Shown in pieces: positions 31,152 through 41,179 of a DNA stretch of 57,814 bases. The position numbers and the translations under genes are program-made. The stretch comes from Gammaproteobacteria bacterium. Lineage in GTDB: Bacteria > Pseudomonadota > Gammaproteobacteria > GCA-001735895. Under the pieces are notes generated by a model, which was not told where the DNA came from, made no database searches, and worked only from the letters and a program-made list of their open reading frames with translations. The stretch covers positions 1 to 57,814 of the forward strand of contig JBNKUM010000071.1 in the NCBI GenBank assembly GCA_050298595.1. Direction: 5' to 3'. Every line of letters starts with the position of its first letter. The stretch's first letter is position 1.

Positions 31152-31289
31152 TATTTAACCCTAAAGTGATTGCAAAGTCTGGATGACTTCAAAGCGATGT
31201 CTGATGTGATTGTAGCGAATCGTGTGATTGATGAAATTAAGGATGTTACCGATAAGATTTATACGCGGGATTTGTTTGGCTGTGATTAG
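31152..31289 (+). pseudogene. ugd: Relic 3' end of ugd
   Basis: [36 protein letters not shown] matches the ugd end; GATAAGATTTATACGCGGGATTTGTTTGG is identical in both copies. Confidence 0.92.
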
Positions 31290-31336
31290 CGAACTTTCGA
31301 TCTAGTTTTTGTACTCATTTTTTTAAGTAAATATTA

Positions 31337-32497
31337 ATGTCTAGCTCTTTTATTTTTACTTCCGAATCCGTCTCAGAGGGCCATCCAGATAAACTATGCG
31401 ACGCAGTTTCAGACGCGATACTGGATGCGGTTCTGGCGCAAGATAAACACGCGCGGGTTGCCTGCGAGACGCTAGCCAAAACCGGTATGATCATTCTGGC
31501 CGGTGAGTTAACTACCTCGGCACATATCGACTTTGAATCGATCGTGCGTAAAACCGTGACCGAGATTGGTTACGATAACTCAGAAGTCGGCTTCGATGGC
31601 AAAACCTGCGCTGTGATTAACGCTCTCGGTCATCAATCCCCGGATATTGCGATGGGTGTAGATCGCAGTATCGACCAGGATCAGGGGGCTGGCGATCAGG
31701 GTTTGATGTTTGGATATGCGACCAATGAAACTGAAAATTTTATGCCTGCCCCGATCAGTTATGCGCACAAACTGGTAAAAAAACAGGCTGATGTGCGTCG
31801 TGCTGGAACACTAGGCTGGTTAAGACCCGATGCCAAGAGTCAGCTAACTTTTCTATACCAGGATGGCAAACCAGTAGCAGTAGACGCCATTGTATTTTCT
31901 ACCCAACATTCACCTGATATCTCTTTATCCGACCTTCAGGAAGGTGTGATGGAAGAAATCATCAAACCGGTCATTCCAGCAGAATGGATTAATGGAGATA
32001 CACAGATCCATATCAACCCCACGGGCAATTTTGTCATTGGTGGCCCAGTGGGAGATGCAGGATTGACTGGACGCAAGATTATAGTCGACACCTATGGTGG
32101 CATGGCACGTCATGGTGGAGGTGCTTTTTCTGGTAAAGACCCATCCAAAGTGGATCGCTCTGCAGCTTATGCGGGGCGTTATGTTGCCAAGAATATCGTC
32201 GCGGCAGGCCTTGCTGACCGCTGTGAAATCCAGATCAGTTACGCTATAGGCGTAGCCAAACCGACCTCGATCAGCATCGAAACCTTTGAGACCAATCATG
32301 TCGATAACAAGATGATTGTCGATTTGGTTCGCGAGCACTTTGACCTGCGTCCGTGGGGTATTATTACCGGGCTGGATCTGCTTAATCCCATCTACCGAGA
32401 TACTGCAGCTTATGGTCATTTTGGTCGTGATGATCTTGGCCTAAGCTGGGAACGCTCCGATAAGGCTAGTCTACTTAAATCGGAAGCAGGACTATAA
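31337..32497 (+). CDS. metK: S-adenosylmethionine synthetase
   Basis: [35 protein letters not shown]; full length 386 aa. Confidence 0.98.
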   Translation: MSSSFIFTSESVSEGHPDKLCDAVSDAILDAVLAQDKHARVACETLAKTGMIILAGELTTSAHIDFESIVRKTVTEIGYDNSEVGFDGKTCAVINALGHQSPDIAMGVDRSIDQDQGAGDQGLMFGYATNETENFMPAPISYAHKLVKKQADVRRAGTLGWLRPDAKSQLTFLYQDGKPVAVDAIVFSTQHSPDISLSDLQEGVMEEIIKPVIPAEWINGDTQIHINPTGNFVIGGPVGDAGLTGRKIIVDTYGGMARHGGGAFSGKDPSKVDRSAAYAGRYVAKNIVAAGLADRCEIQISYAIGVAKPTSISIETFETNHVDNKMIVDLVREHFDLRPWGIITGLDLLNPIYRDTAAYGHFGRDDLGLSWERSDKASLLKSEAGL

Positions 32498-32503
32498 GTT
32501 TTT

Positions 32504-32681
32504 ATGAAAATATTAGTCACGGGTGGAGCTGGCTTTATTGGCTCTGCCGTCATACGTCATCTTGTTAATGATCTTGGACATGAGGTCGTAAATCTTGATA
32601 GCTTAACCTATGCGGGCAATTTGGAGTCATTAGTGTCAATTTGAAAGTGTTGATATTCGTGATTTGGAAATTAAGTTGTAA
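32504..32681 (+). pseudogene. rfbB: dTDP-glucose 4,6-dehydratase 5' stub
   Basis: [21 protein letters not shown]...[18 protein letters not shown] then, in another frame, FESVDIRD; the rest of the gene is absent. Confidence 0.88.
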
Positions 32682-32779
32682 AAGAGACTTTATACTTATG
32701 GTTTTCAAAATTCAGTTACAGTGATTGCTTAGATATACTATGAAAATTTTTAAAATGATTGAATTTACTGGGAAAAAAT

Positions 32780-33844
32780 ATGCTTAGGTTTGCAATTGTA
32801 GGATGTGGAAGAATTGCTAAAAGGCACTCTGAATTACTGGGTGAAAAGCAAATAAACGGTGCTGAATTAGTAGGTGTTTGTGATGTTGAAGAAGAAAGCG
32901 CAAACAAAATATCTAAACAATTCAATGTACCATCATTTACAGATATGGATGAAATGATGAAAAACATTGATGTGGATGTTGTGGTCATTTTGACACCCAG
33001 TGGTTTGCATGCAAAACATACGGTCAATTTGGCAAAGTATGGTAAACATATCATGGTTGAAAAACCTATGGCTCTTACTTTGGATGATGCTGATGCTATG
33101 ATAAATGCCTGTGACCGAAACGGTTGCAAACTTTTTGTCATTAAACAAAATCGATTTAATGTTCCGGTAGTGAAATTACGTAAAGCGGTTGAGCAGGGTC
33201 GATTTGGAAAGTTCGTGTTAGGTACGGTCAGAGTAAGATGGGCTCGGCACCAGCAATATTATGATCAGGCCGCATGGAGAGGGACCTGGGCTATGGACGG
33301 GGGAGTGTTAACTAATCAGGCCAGTCACCATGTAGATATGCTGGAATGGATGATGGGAGATGTTGAAAGTGTTTTTGCTAAATCAACTACTGCTTTGGCT
33401 AATATTGAAGCAGAAGACACTGCTGTGGTGACCGTGAAATTCAAGAATGGGGCGTTGGGAATAATTGAAGCGACTACCGCAGCCAGACCTGATGATCTTG
33501 AAGGTTCAATTTCTATTTTGGGCGAAAAAGGCTCCGTAGTTATAGGTGGCTTTGCTGTTAACAAGATGCTTACCTGGAAATTTGAAACTGAAGATGAAGG
33601 CGATAATGAGGTGCTAGAAAAATATTCAGTAAACCCGCCGAATGTGTATGGATTTGGTCACCAGGCTTATTATGAGCATGTAGTAGAATGTGTTAATGGT
33701 GGGAATCAAAATCTTGTTGATGGCCTACAGGGGCGTAAAAGCATCGAATTGATTTCTGCTATTTATGAGTCTGTAGAAACTGGTAAAGAAGTTTTTTTAC
33801 GCTTTAAGCCAGAAAGATGTAGATTGGGTCAACATGTTGTCTAA
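32780..33844 (+). CDS. Gfo/Idh/MocA oxidoreductase (WlbA/WbpB-like sugar 3-dehydrogenase)
   Basis: VGCGRIA, TPSGLH, VEKPMA, KQNRFN, DGGVLTNQASHHVD. Confidence 0.85.
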   Translation: MLRFAIVGCGRIAKRHSELLGEKQINGAELVGVCDVEEESANKISKQFNVPSFTDMDEMMKNIDVDVVVILTPSGLHAKHTVNLAKYGKHIMVEKPMALTLDDADAMINACDRNGCKLFVIKQNRFNVPVVKLRKAVEQGRFGKFVLGTVRVRWARHQQYYDQAAWRGTWAMDGGVLTNQASHHVDMLEWMMGDVESVFAKSTTALANIEAEDTAVVTVKFKNGALGIIEATTAARPDDLEGSISILGEKGSVVIGGFAVNKMLTWKFETEDEGDNEVLEKYSVNPPNVYGFGHQAYYEHVVECVNGGNQNLVDGLQGRKSIELISAIYESVETGKEVFLRFKPERCRLGQHVV

Positions 33845-34316
33845 TTTTAAACAGTACTCTGCATCCGTTCGTGATGTAATTTTTGGTGAAAATGTAACAT
33901 TAATAGAGCCTCTCAATCTTTATGGGTGTGTTTTGCAAGATAATGTTTTTGTAGGGCCATTTGTAGAGATACAAAAAAACGTTGAGATTGGTAAAAACAC
34001 CAGAGTCCAATCACATAGCTTTATATGTGAGTTGGTAACTATCGGTAGTGATTGTTTTATAGGCCATGGAGTTATGTTTATAAATGATCTTTTTTCTAAT
34101 GGAGGCCCTGCAGGCGGTGATGAAAAACTCTGGAAGAAAACTCGATTAGGAAATAATGTATCTGTGGGCAGTAATGCAACTATATTACCAGTTGAAATTT
34201 GTGACAACGTTGTTATTGGAGCAGGTGCTGTAGTAACGAAAGATATACTCAAGCCAGGAGTTTACGCTGGAAACCCTGCAAGAAAAATGATGAACAAAGA
34301 AGAAAAAAATGATTAA
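33834..34316 (+). CDS. Hexapeptide N-acetyltransferase (WlbB/WbpD-like)
   Basis: Hexapeptide repeats, [37 protein letters not shown]. Confidence 0.85.
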   Translation: MLSNFKQYSASVRDVIFGENVTLIEPLNLYGCVLQDNVFVGPFVEIQKNVEIGKNTRVQSHSFICELVTIGSDCFIGHGVMFINDLFSNGGPAGGDEKLWKKTRLGNNVSVGSNATILPVEICDNVVIGAGAVVTKDILKPGVYAGNPARKMMNKEEKND

Positions 34317-35433
34317 ATTTTTAGACCTATCTGCTCAATATGAGTCAATCAAGCCAGAAATTGACCAGGCCATCAAGGCTGTTATAAGCGAATCAGCTTT
34401 TATAGGTGGAAAATACGTAAAACAATTTGAAAAGGATTTTTCAGATTATATCAATGTAAAACATTGTGTTGGAGTGGGTAATGGAACAGATGCTCTAGAG
34501 ATTGCTATTGAGGCACTTGAAATGCCTGCTGGCTCTGAAATTATCGTGCCAGCCAATTCATTTATTGCTAGTTCTGAGGCTGTAACAAGGCAAGGTCATA
34601 AAGTTGTGTTTGCCGATGTAGACATTGATTCCTATGTGCTTTCCATTGAAGACGCTAAAAAAAGAATAACACCAAGAACTAAAGCTATTATGGCCGTTCA
34701 TTTATATGGACACCCGTGCGATATGGATGCTTTATTTGATCTTGCTAAAGAACATAACCTGTACATAATAGAAGACTGTGCTCAAGCGCATGGTGCAGAA
34801 TATAAAGGAAAAAAAGTAGGTGGTATTGGGCATATTGCAACGTTTAGCTTTTATCCGGGCAAAAATCTGGGTGCCTATGGAGATGGTGGTGCTATTACAA
34901 CAAATGATGACGAAATAGCCACAAAAACTAGAATGATTGCAAATCATGGTCGTGTAGCAAAATATAACCATGAGTTTGAGGGAAGAAACTCACGTTTAGA
35001 CGGTTTGCAAGCAGCAATTTTAAGTGTGAAACTAAAGCACATAAATGAATGGACAGAACAAAGAATAAAAATTGCGGATTTATATCTGGACCTACTAAAA
35101 GATGAAAAAAACATTATTTTGCCTGTAAGAAAGGATTGGGCAAAGCAGGTTTATCATCTTTTTGTTATTCGAAGTGAAAGAAGAGATGAACTGAAAAACT
35201 ATTTACAAGAACAAGGTATTCAAACTGGAATTCACTATCCCAATTCTTTGCCCAAGTTAAAGGCTTATGAATATATTGGACTGGCTAAGGAACCGATGTT
35301 TACGAATAATTCGGATACCAAATTATTAAGTTTGCCTATTGGGGAGCATCTTGACGTGGTCAGCATAAAAGAAGTCGCGAGGAAAATTAATATTTTTTTT
35401 AACTCAAGTTTCGGAGTTCAAATTAAGTCCTAA
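34309..35433 (+). CDS. DegT/DnrJ aminotransferase (WlbC/WbpE-like); last ~10 codons come from an IS end
   Basis: [40 protein letters not shown]. Confidence 0.9.
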   Translation: MIKFLDLSAQYESIKPEIDQAIKAVISESAFIGGKYVKQFEKDFSDYINVKHCVGVGNGTDALEIAIEALEMPAGSEIIVPANSFIASSEAVTRQGHKVVFADVDIDSYVLSIEDAKKRITPRTKAIMAVHLYGHPCDMDALFDLAKEHNLYIIEDCAQAHGAEYKGKKVGGIGHIATFSFYPGKNLGAYGDGGAITTNDDEIATKTRMIANHGRVAKYNHEFEGRNSRLDGLQAAILSVKLKHINEWTEQRIKIADLYLDLLKDEKNIILPVRKDWAKQVYHLFVIRSERRDELKNYLQEQGIQTGIHYPNSLPKLKAYEYIGLAKEPMFTNNSDTKLLSLPIGEHLDVVSIKEVARKINIFFNSSFGVQIKS

Positions 35434-36567
35434 AAAGAGCCTAAGTCATTGATATAAAAACTAAGTGAGCCTCATACATGGTAAAATGTTTGTATTCAAA
35501 TCCAGACAATAAACCCATCTGGAGGCTCCATTGAAGAATGACACAAAATCAGATGCACTGCCACCCTTAGTGAGTCATATACTGACCAACAAAAAACACT
35601 ATATCGATAATCTTTTTGCAGACACATGGAAAAAGCTGAATTTAAATTCACTGATTAAAGGAGCTGGCTTCAAGAAAAGAAGTGGAACCGAATTAACGGA
35701 GGTGATATTTTTACTCCTGTTATGAAAGTGGCTCAACATGTCGTCTATAGCGGTGTTTACCCGGAAGTCATTGAGCCTGTTTTCAACGTCCCAAAAAGAA
35801 GTCATGTATGATTTGCTAAAACGCGAAGAGATCAACTGGCGGGAACTGAACATCCAAACATCTGCTGGAGGCAAAAGAGCTGTATAGCACAGCGGTAAAA
35901 CGGGAATGGCAAAAGGTACGTGGCTTGCCCTGGCGTGCCGTGATACTGGACGTAGAGCTGGATATATCTGGGGGAGATAAAAAGGAATCGCGGTGGTGGC
36001 AACCCGTACGACTGTTGTTTGTTAGGGGATTAAATAAACCCAATAAAGCGGAGACCAGCGATAAAGATTGGGCATTGTTCTTAACAACAAATGTTAATCT
36101 GAGCATGAGCAAAATACTGGAAGCCTATGCATTGCGATGGGGATTGAAGTTTATTTCAAGGAAGCGAAGCAACATCCTGGATTCCTCAAGGAACAGACAT
36201 TCACTTTTGCATCGCATACTGCATCGATACACCTATGCGCTATTCGATATTTAATGCTGGTACATAATGTGCTGGAAGGCCAGGAGACAGGTATCGGAGA
36301 TATTCGATCACAGATACAAGAGCAAATGGATACGCTGAGTTTTGCAGGAAAGTTATGGCAAATATTTCGCTCCATCATATCTGGAACGTTTAATGAGTTA
36401 GAAACAGTGCTAGTTTGCTCGGTCAACACTATTATGCCGGCGATTGATGAAAGAGTAGAAATGTTTTTTGTGCGCAGCTTTCAGTTGGATGTATTTACGA
36501 TGCGGTTGGAGTACGAGTAATGTCAGGTTGAACACGTTTTTTTGCATTTTGAACGCCGAAACTTGAG
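35403..36567 (+). mobile_element. Internally deleted DDE-type IS (IS4/IS701/ISH3-like) with terminal IRs
   Basis: IRL CTCAAGTTTCGGAGTTCAAA and IRR TTTGAACGCCGAAACTTGAG (19/20); fragments GFKKRSG and Y..RWGIEVYFKEAKQH (frameshifted); possible 7 bp TSD TTTTTAA/TATTTAA. Confidence 0.88.
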
Positions 36568-36624
36568 TATTTAATAACGCTAAAAAAGGAATTGGCGGAT
36601 TAATTTGTCATGATTAAAGGTTTA

Positions 36625-36835
36625 AACTCTCGTCCTTAGACGAGTAGCTTTCATCTAGTGATTTAATTAATGTATGAGCCATGGAGTGCAGTGTAGATAT
36701 CGTAGGTATAGATGCTGACATGATGCGAAAGTATGAAAAGTATCAGGAAAAACCAAAAAAAACAGATTCAGATGAATCTCGGGTAATTGTCGAAATCGGG
36801 GCGGGTTAACCAACTTTCTACGAGGGTTGGCATTT
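36625..36835 (+). mobile_element. Miniature IS200 remnant (end hairpins plus tnpA C-terminus)
   Basis: Hairpins CTCGTC-CTTA-GACGAG and CCAACTTTC-TAC-GAGGGTTGG flank VDIVGIDADMMRKYEKYQEK (36693-36752). Confidence 0.7.
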
Positions 36836-36906
36836 AAGTTCACTTATAGAGGGCATAGAGCAAGTCTGTGTTCTTAAGCGCAGTTTCTTAGTCCGTTTTA
36901 GATGCA

Positions 36907-36931
36907 ACCTATGGACTTTCAGTCCATAGGT
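36907..36931. repeat. Perfect 10 bp hairpin upstream of wzx
   Basis: ACCTATGGAC-TTTCA-GTCCATAGGT; resembles IS200/IS605 or REP-type end hairpins. Confidence 0.6.
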
Positions 36932-36978
36932 GTTGAGTACAGAAATGTTGCAGTTGATTTGAAAATAGAGGTTCGAGG

Positions 36979-38256
36979 TTGAAAATTGTAACCAGAATAA
37001 AGGACAGTCATTTTGCCCAAAGTGTTGCTATTCTAGCTACTGGCACTGCGATTGCGCAGGCTATTCCAGTGCTGGCAAGTCCGGTTTTAACTCGGCTATA
37101 TACCCCTGCTGATTTTGGTGTTTTGGCTGTATTTATGGCTCTTGTTTCTAGTGTTACTCCCATAGTGTGCGGAAAATATGAGGTGGCGATGTTGTTGCCA
37201 AGAAGTCAGGTGCAAGGGAGGCACCTTCTTGGCGTTTCTCTTCAGTTTTCGTTTGTAGTATCTGTAACTTCCTTGATTCTAATTATACTTTTAAAAGATG
37301 ATCTTCTTAAAGCTCTAGGCGTTTCGGAGCTTGGAAGGTGGGTCTATCTGGCACCAATTGCTTTGTTTCTTACAGGTTTTTTTTTAGCGATGGGGTATTT
37401 TTCCAACAGATATCAACATTATAATCGAATGGCTAAATCGAAGTTGATTCAGTCTTTGATTGCTGTAACTTTAAATATTGGGCTGGGAGTGATGGGGTTT
37501 GGGTTTGAAGGCCTGTTGCTCGGAAATCTTGCGGGGCTTTCTTTAGCTTCACTTTACCTTTTCTATCTCTACAAGAGAGAGCTAACATCTCATGCTCTAC
37601 TTTGGGGGAAGTCAAAAGCTTTACTCGTAAAAAGATATATAGATTATCCATTGTTAAACGCAAGTGGTGGTTTACTTGATGGAGTTACCTTGGCTATGCC
37701 AATATTTTTCCTTACGCACTTTTATCCAGAATCAATTGTAGGGTATTTTTCTTTAGTCACTCGAGTTGCAAATTCGCCTTTATCTTTTATTTCTTCTTCT
37801 GTTTCTCAGGTTAATTTAAAAAAAATTGTAAACTTAGTAAATAGCGGCATGCCAGTGAGACCTTACTTGCTGAAACTTACTATAATATTATGTTTGGTAG
37901 CAATAGCTCCATCTATATTATTTATGTTAATTGCTCCTGAGCTATTTGCAAGAATTTTTGGTAGTGAGTGGCGGGAAGCAGGTGTATATGTGCAGATACT
38001 GATGCCAGCAATAGCCGTACGCTTTGTAGCATCAACCCTAAGCAGTACATTAGGAGCCACTAAAAATAATCACTTGGGTTTTTTATGGAAGATAGCTGCT
38101 TTTATAATCACTATCTTAGTTTATTCTTTATTCGCACCAAAAGTTCAACCTGTGCAACTATTCAAATACGTTGTCATAATGGACGTCATGCTGTATTTTT
38201 TTTACTACTGGCTCATCTGGAAAGCTGCTGGTTTGCCGAGGAACTCTCATAAATAA
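36979..38256 (+). CDS. wzx: Wzx O-antigen flippase
   Basis: GTAIAQAIP...PVLTRLYTPADFG, KYEVAMLLP, many TM segments. Confidence 0.9.
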   Translation: MKIVTRIKDSHFAQSVAILATGTAIAQAIPVLASPVLTRLYTPADFGVLAVFMALVSSVTPIVCGKYEVAMLLPRSQVQGRHLLGVSLQFSFVVSVTSLILIILLKDDLLKALGVSELGRWVYLAPIALFLTGFFLAMGYFSNRYQHYNRMAKSKLIQSLIAVTLNIGLGVMGFGFEGLLLGNLAGLSLASLYLFYLYKRELTSHALLWGKSKALLVKRYIDYPLLNASGGLLDGVTLAMPIFFLTHFYPESIVGYFSLVTRVANSPLSFISSSVSQVNLKKIVNLVNSGMPVRPYLLKLTIILCLVAIAPSILFMLIAPELFARIFGSEWREAGVYVQILMPAIAVRFVASTLSSTLGATKNNHLGFLWKIAAFIITILVYSLFAPKVQPVQLFKYVVIMDVMLYFFYYWLIWKAAGLPRNSHK

Positions 38257-40226
38257 TGTGTGGAATAGCTGGAATTATAAATCTTCAGGGTAATGAAAAA
38301 CCGCAAGTAGAAGCATTGCAGAGGATGACTAACCAAATGGTTCATCGTGGGCCTGACGATGAGGGTTTTCTACTGGTGGGTAAAGATAACTGGGTCAAGC
38401 CTTTCTTAGGTGATGATACTCCCGTTAACGCTCTTAGCAGTGAAAATGTAATTGGTTATCCTCGTAAGCATATAAAGTCAGCTTTAAAAATGGCTAGTCA
38501 AGTTGCATTTGGCCATCGTCGATTAAGTATTGTAGACCTTTCTCCGTATGGACATCAACCGCTGTGCACGGCGAATAAACGGTTTTGGATTGTTTACAAT
38601 GGAGAGATTTATAATTCTAGGGAAATTGCCAAACAGTTGGAAGTTGAAGGTATAAGGATGCAGGGGCATAGTGATACAGAAGTCCTTATTAATGCTTACG
38701 CCACATGGGGTAAAGCATGTTTGCAGAAATTTAATGGTATGTTTGCTTTTGCTATTTGGGATAATAAGGAAAAAATACTTTTTTGCGCAAGGGATCGTAT
38801 CGGTATTAAACCTTTTTACTATACGATACAAAATGGGCAGTTTATTTTTTCTTCTGATATTAAAACACTAATAGCTTCAGGTCTGTATATACCTGAACCA
38901 GATATGGAAGGGCTTTATCTTGCGATGGCTTTTGGTATGGCTCCGAGACCCAAGACTGCATTCAAAGGTATATTTGCACTTGAGCAGGCTCATTGGCTCC
39001 AAGTAAAACTTGATGGGGCAATTCAAAAGCAACGTTATTGGTCTATTCCAATTGGAACGCAAAATAAATATATGAAAGAGGCAGAATCCATTGAACTATT
39101 GGATGAACATTTAACTGCTTCTATTAAGAGAAGGCTTGTTGCTGATGTTCCTGTCGGTACTTTTATGAGTGGTGGCGTTGATTCAACAACGGTTTCTTCA
39201 ATTGCTTCTAGACTACATCCTGGAATTAAGGCATTTACCTTGGGGTATGAAAATACGGTTCCAGAGATGGATGAAGTAGCCCAAGCAATCTCTACTGCTA
39301 GTTTACACCCTATGGAGCATATTATTCACCGAGTAAACCCCATGGACTCGCTAGTAGATCTAAATAAATGGATAGAAGGGTATGAAGAGCCTTTTCAAGG
39401 GCTTGCTGCAAATTATGTAATATCAAAACTGGTGAAAGAAAACGATGTGAAAGTAGTTTTAAATGGGTTAGGTGGAGATGAACTTTTTGCTGGATACGGT
39501 TGGTATGGTCGTATATCAACATGGAAAATGTTGATGGCAGTTCAGCCATTAGGTAAGATTCTTGTCCCATTTTCTGGTAAGTATAAAGAAAAGTTAAATT
39601 CTTTACTTAATGTGAAAACTGCAGATAGATTACATTCTGTATTATTCTCAAAATTTAGTGATTCTGAATTACATCAGCTTTTTACAGATGTTGCTGAGTT
39701 GAAATATATGAATTCTGCTGAGTACGTACATAAAATGTATGCTGATGGCTTGGAGTTTAGTGATGATATCGAAGCCTTTAATTATATGGACTTAGTTAAT
39801 TATATTGGAAATCATCATGTTCATCGTTCTGATCAATTTACAATGATGCACTCAATAGAGGGACGGTTTCCATTTCTGGATCATGAGTTGGTTGAAGCAG
39901 CTTTTTCTATTCCCAGCCATCTAAAGATAAATGGGAATATTCATAAATTCGTATTGAGAAAAGTAGCTGAAAAATATATTTCTCCAGAGTGTTTAAGCAT
40001 GAAAAAGAAAGGTTTTGGTTTGCCACTTGGTAAATGGATGAAAGGGCCTTTGCGAGGAACTGTTAAAAACGAGATAAATGACTTGAAGAGCCTTGATTTT
40101 ATTGAATCTGAAACGATTGATAAATGGTATGCAAGTTATTATGTTGGAAGATTGCAATATCAAAAAATCTGGCATTTAACGGCTTTGTCATTGTGGTATA
40201 AAAGATTTATAAGTGAGCTAAATTGA
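38256..40226 (+). CDS. asnB: Asparagine synthase-like glutamine amidotransferase
   Basis: MCGIAG, HRGPD, GHRRLSI, YNGEIYN, SGGVDS, GLGGDELFAGY, RFPFLD, KKGF. Confidence 0.92.
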   Translation: MCGIAGIINLQGNEKPQVEALQRMTNQMVHRGPDDEGFLLVGKDNWVKPFLGDDTPVNALSSENVIGYPRKHIKSALKMASQVAFGHRRLSIVDLSPYGHQPLCTANKRFWIVYNGEIYNSREIAKQLEVEGIRMQGHSDTEVLINAYATWGKACLQKFNGMFAFAIWDNKEKILFCARDRIGIKPFYYTIQNGQFIFSSDIKTLIASGLYIPEPDMEGLYLAMAFGMAPRPKTAFKGIFALEQAHWLQVKLDGAIQKQRYWSIPIGTQNKYMKEAESIELLDEHLTASIKRRLVADVPVGTFMSGGVDSTTVSSIASRLHPGIKAFTLGYENTVPEMDEVAQAISTASLHPMEHIIHRVNPMDSLVDLNKWIEGYEEPFQGLAANYVISKLVKENDVKVVLNGLGGDELFAGYGWYGRISTWKMLMAVQPLGKILVPFSGKYKEKLNSLLNVKTADRLHSVLFSKFSDSELHQLFTDVAELKYMNSAEYVHKMYADGLEFSDDIEAFNYMDLVNYIGNHHVHRSDQFTMMHSIEGRFPFLDHELVEAAFSIPSHLKINGNIHKFVLRKVAEKYISPECLSMKKKGFGLPLGKWMKGPLRGTVKNEINDLKSLDFIESETIDKWYASYYVGRLQYQKIWHLTALSLWYKRFISELN

Positions 40227-41179
40227 TGAAATTATCATTTAAAAAAATATCTAATGGCGTACAAAGCCGAGTACGTAAGTTTTTTAATCATAAAGTAATA
40301 CACCCAATCGATTGTCAATTTAGTAAACAAAGAAAAGAACTAAGTTATCCACCGCTCTTTATAATTGGAGCACCACGTTCAGGTAGCACATTGTTAATGC
40401 AAGTATTAACAGATGCTTTCGATTTTGGATATATGTCAAATTTACATAATGCTTTTTTTGGGGCGCCAGCATTCGTGGAAAAATTTTTATATTCTAGAAA
40501 AAAACGAAAAAAATCTTCTTATAGTTCGAAACATGGCTTGGTGGATGGGTATTTTTCTCCCTCAGAATGTGGTGAGTACTGGTATCGTTTTTTTCCTAAA
40601 AATCCTTTGTACGCCCCTTTGTCGGCTGTGTCTCATAAGAATATGCTCATGTTTAGAAGCTCCTTAGCAAGATTTGTTGAGGCTAGTGGAAGACCTGTTT
40701 TATTTAAAAATATGTTTGTTTCGTTACGCTTGGAGCCAATACTTAAATATATACCGGAAGCTCTTTTTATAGTTATTCATCGAGATGAAGTGGAAAATGC
40801 CCACTCGTTATTAGAAGTACGAAAAAAAATATACAGTAATTATGAGCATTGGTGGTCAATGGAGCCTCCAAGTATTAATGAGCTGAAGAAATTACCAGCC
40901 GCGCATCAAGTTATTGAGCAAATTAGACAAATTCATGACTTAATAAATAGTGAGTTTAAAAGATTTAATGTTGATGAGAAACGGGTATTTCATGTTAACT
41001 ATGAAGAGTTTTGTGATGATGTGCACGATATGATTGATAAGATAGAGCAATTTACTAAAGATAATAATGTAAAAGTTACTAGATTATTTGAAGTACCTAA
41101 AAAATTTGATATTAGAAAAACATATTCGATCCCCTCTGAATTGTTAAATGAAGTGAAGAAGTATGCTGCTAAGTCATAA
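40226..41179 (+). CDS. Sulfotransferase
   Basis: 5'-PSB loop FIIGAPRSGSTLL; FIVIHRD....HS; VNYEEFC. Confidence 0.85.
   Translation: MKLSFKKISNGVQSRVRKFFNHKVIHPIDCQFSKQRKELSYPPLFIIGAPRSGSTLLMQVLTDAFDFGYMSNLHNAFFGAPAFVEKFLYSRKKRKKSSYSSKHGLVDGYFSPSECGEYWYRFFPKNPLYAPLSAVSHKNMLMFRSSLARFVEASGRPVLFKNMFVSLRLEPILKYIPEALFIVIHRDEVENAHSLLEVRKKIYSNYEHWWSMEPPSINELKKLPAAHQVIEQIRQIHDLINSEFKRFNVDEKRVFHVNYEEFCDDVHDMIDKIEQFTKDNNVKVTRLFEVPKKFDIRKTYSIPSELLNEVKKYAAKS

Noticed and set aside
31290-31336. SAM riboswitch or MetJ boxes upstream of metK
   Set aside because: Only 47 bp of AT-rich spacer after the ugd relic; no AGACGTCT repeats or riboswitch-like structure seen
31925-32419. 164 aa minus-strand ORF
   Set aside because: Antisense shadow of the conserved metK gene
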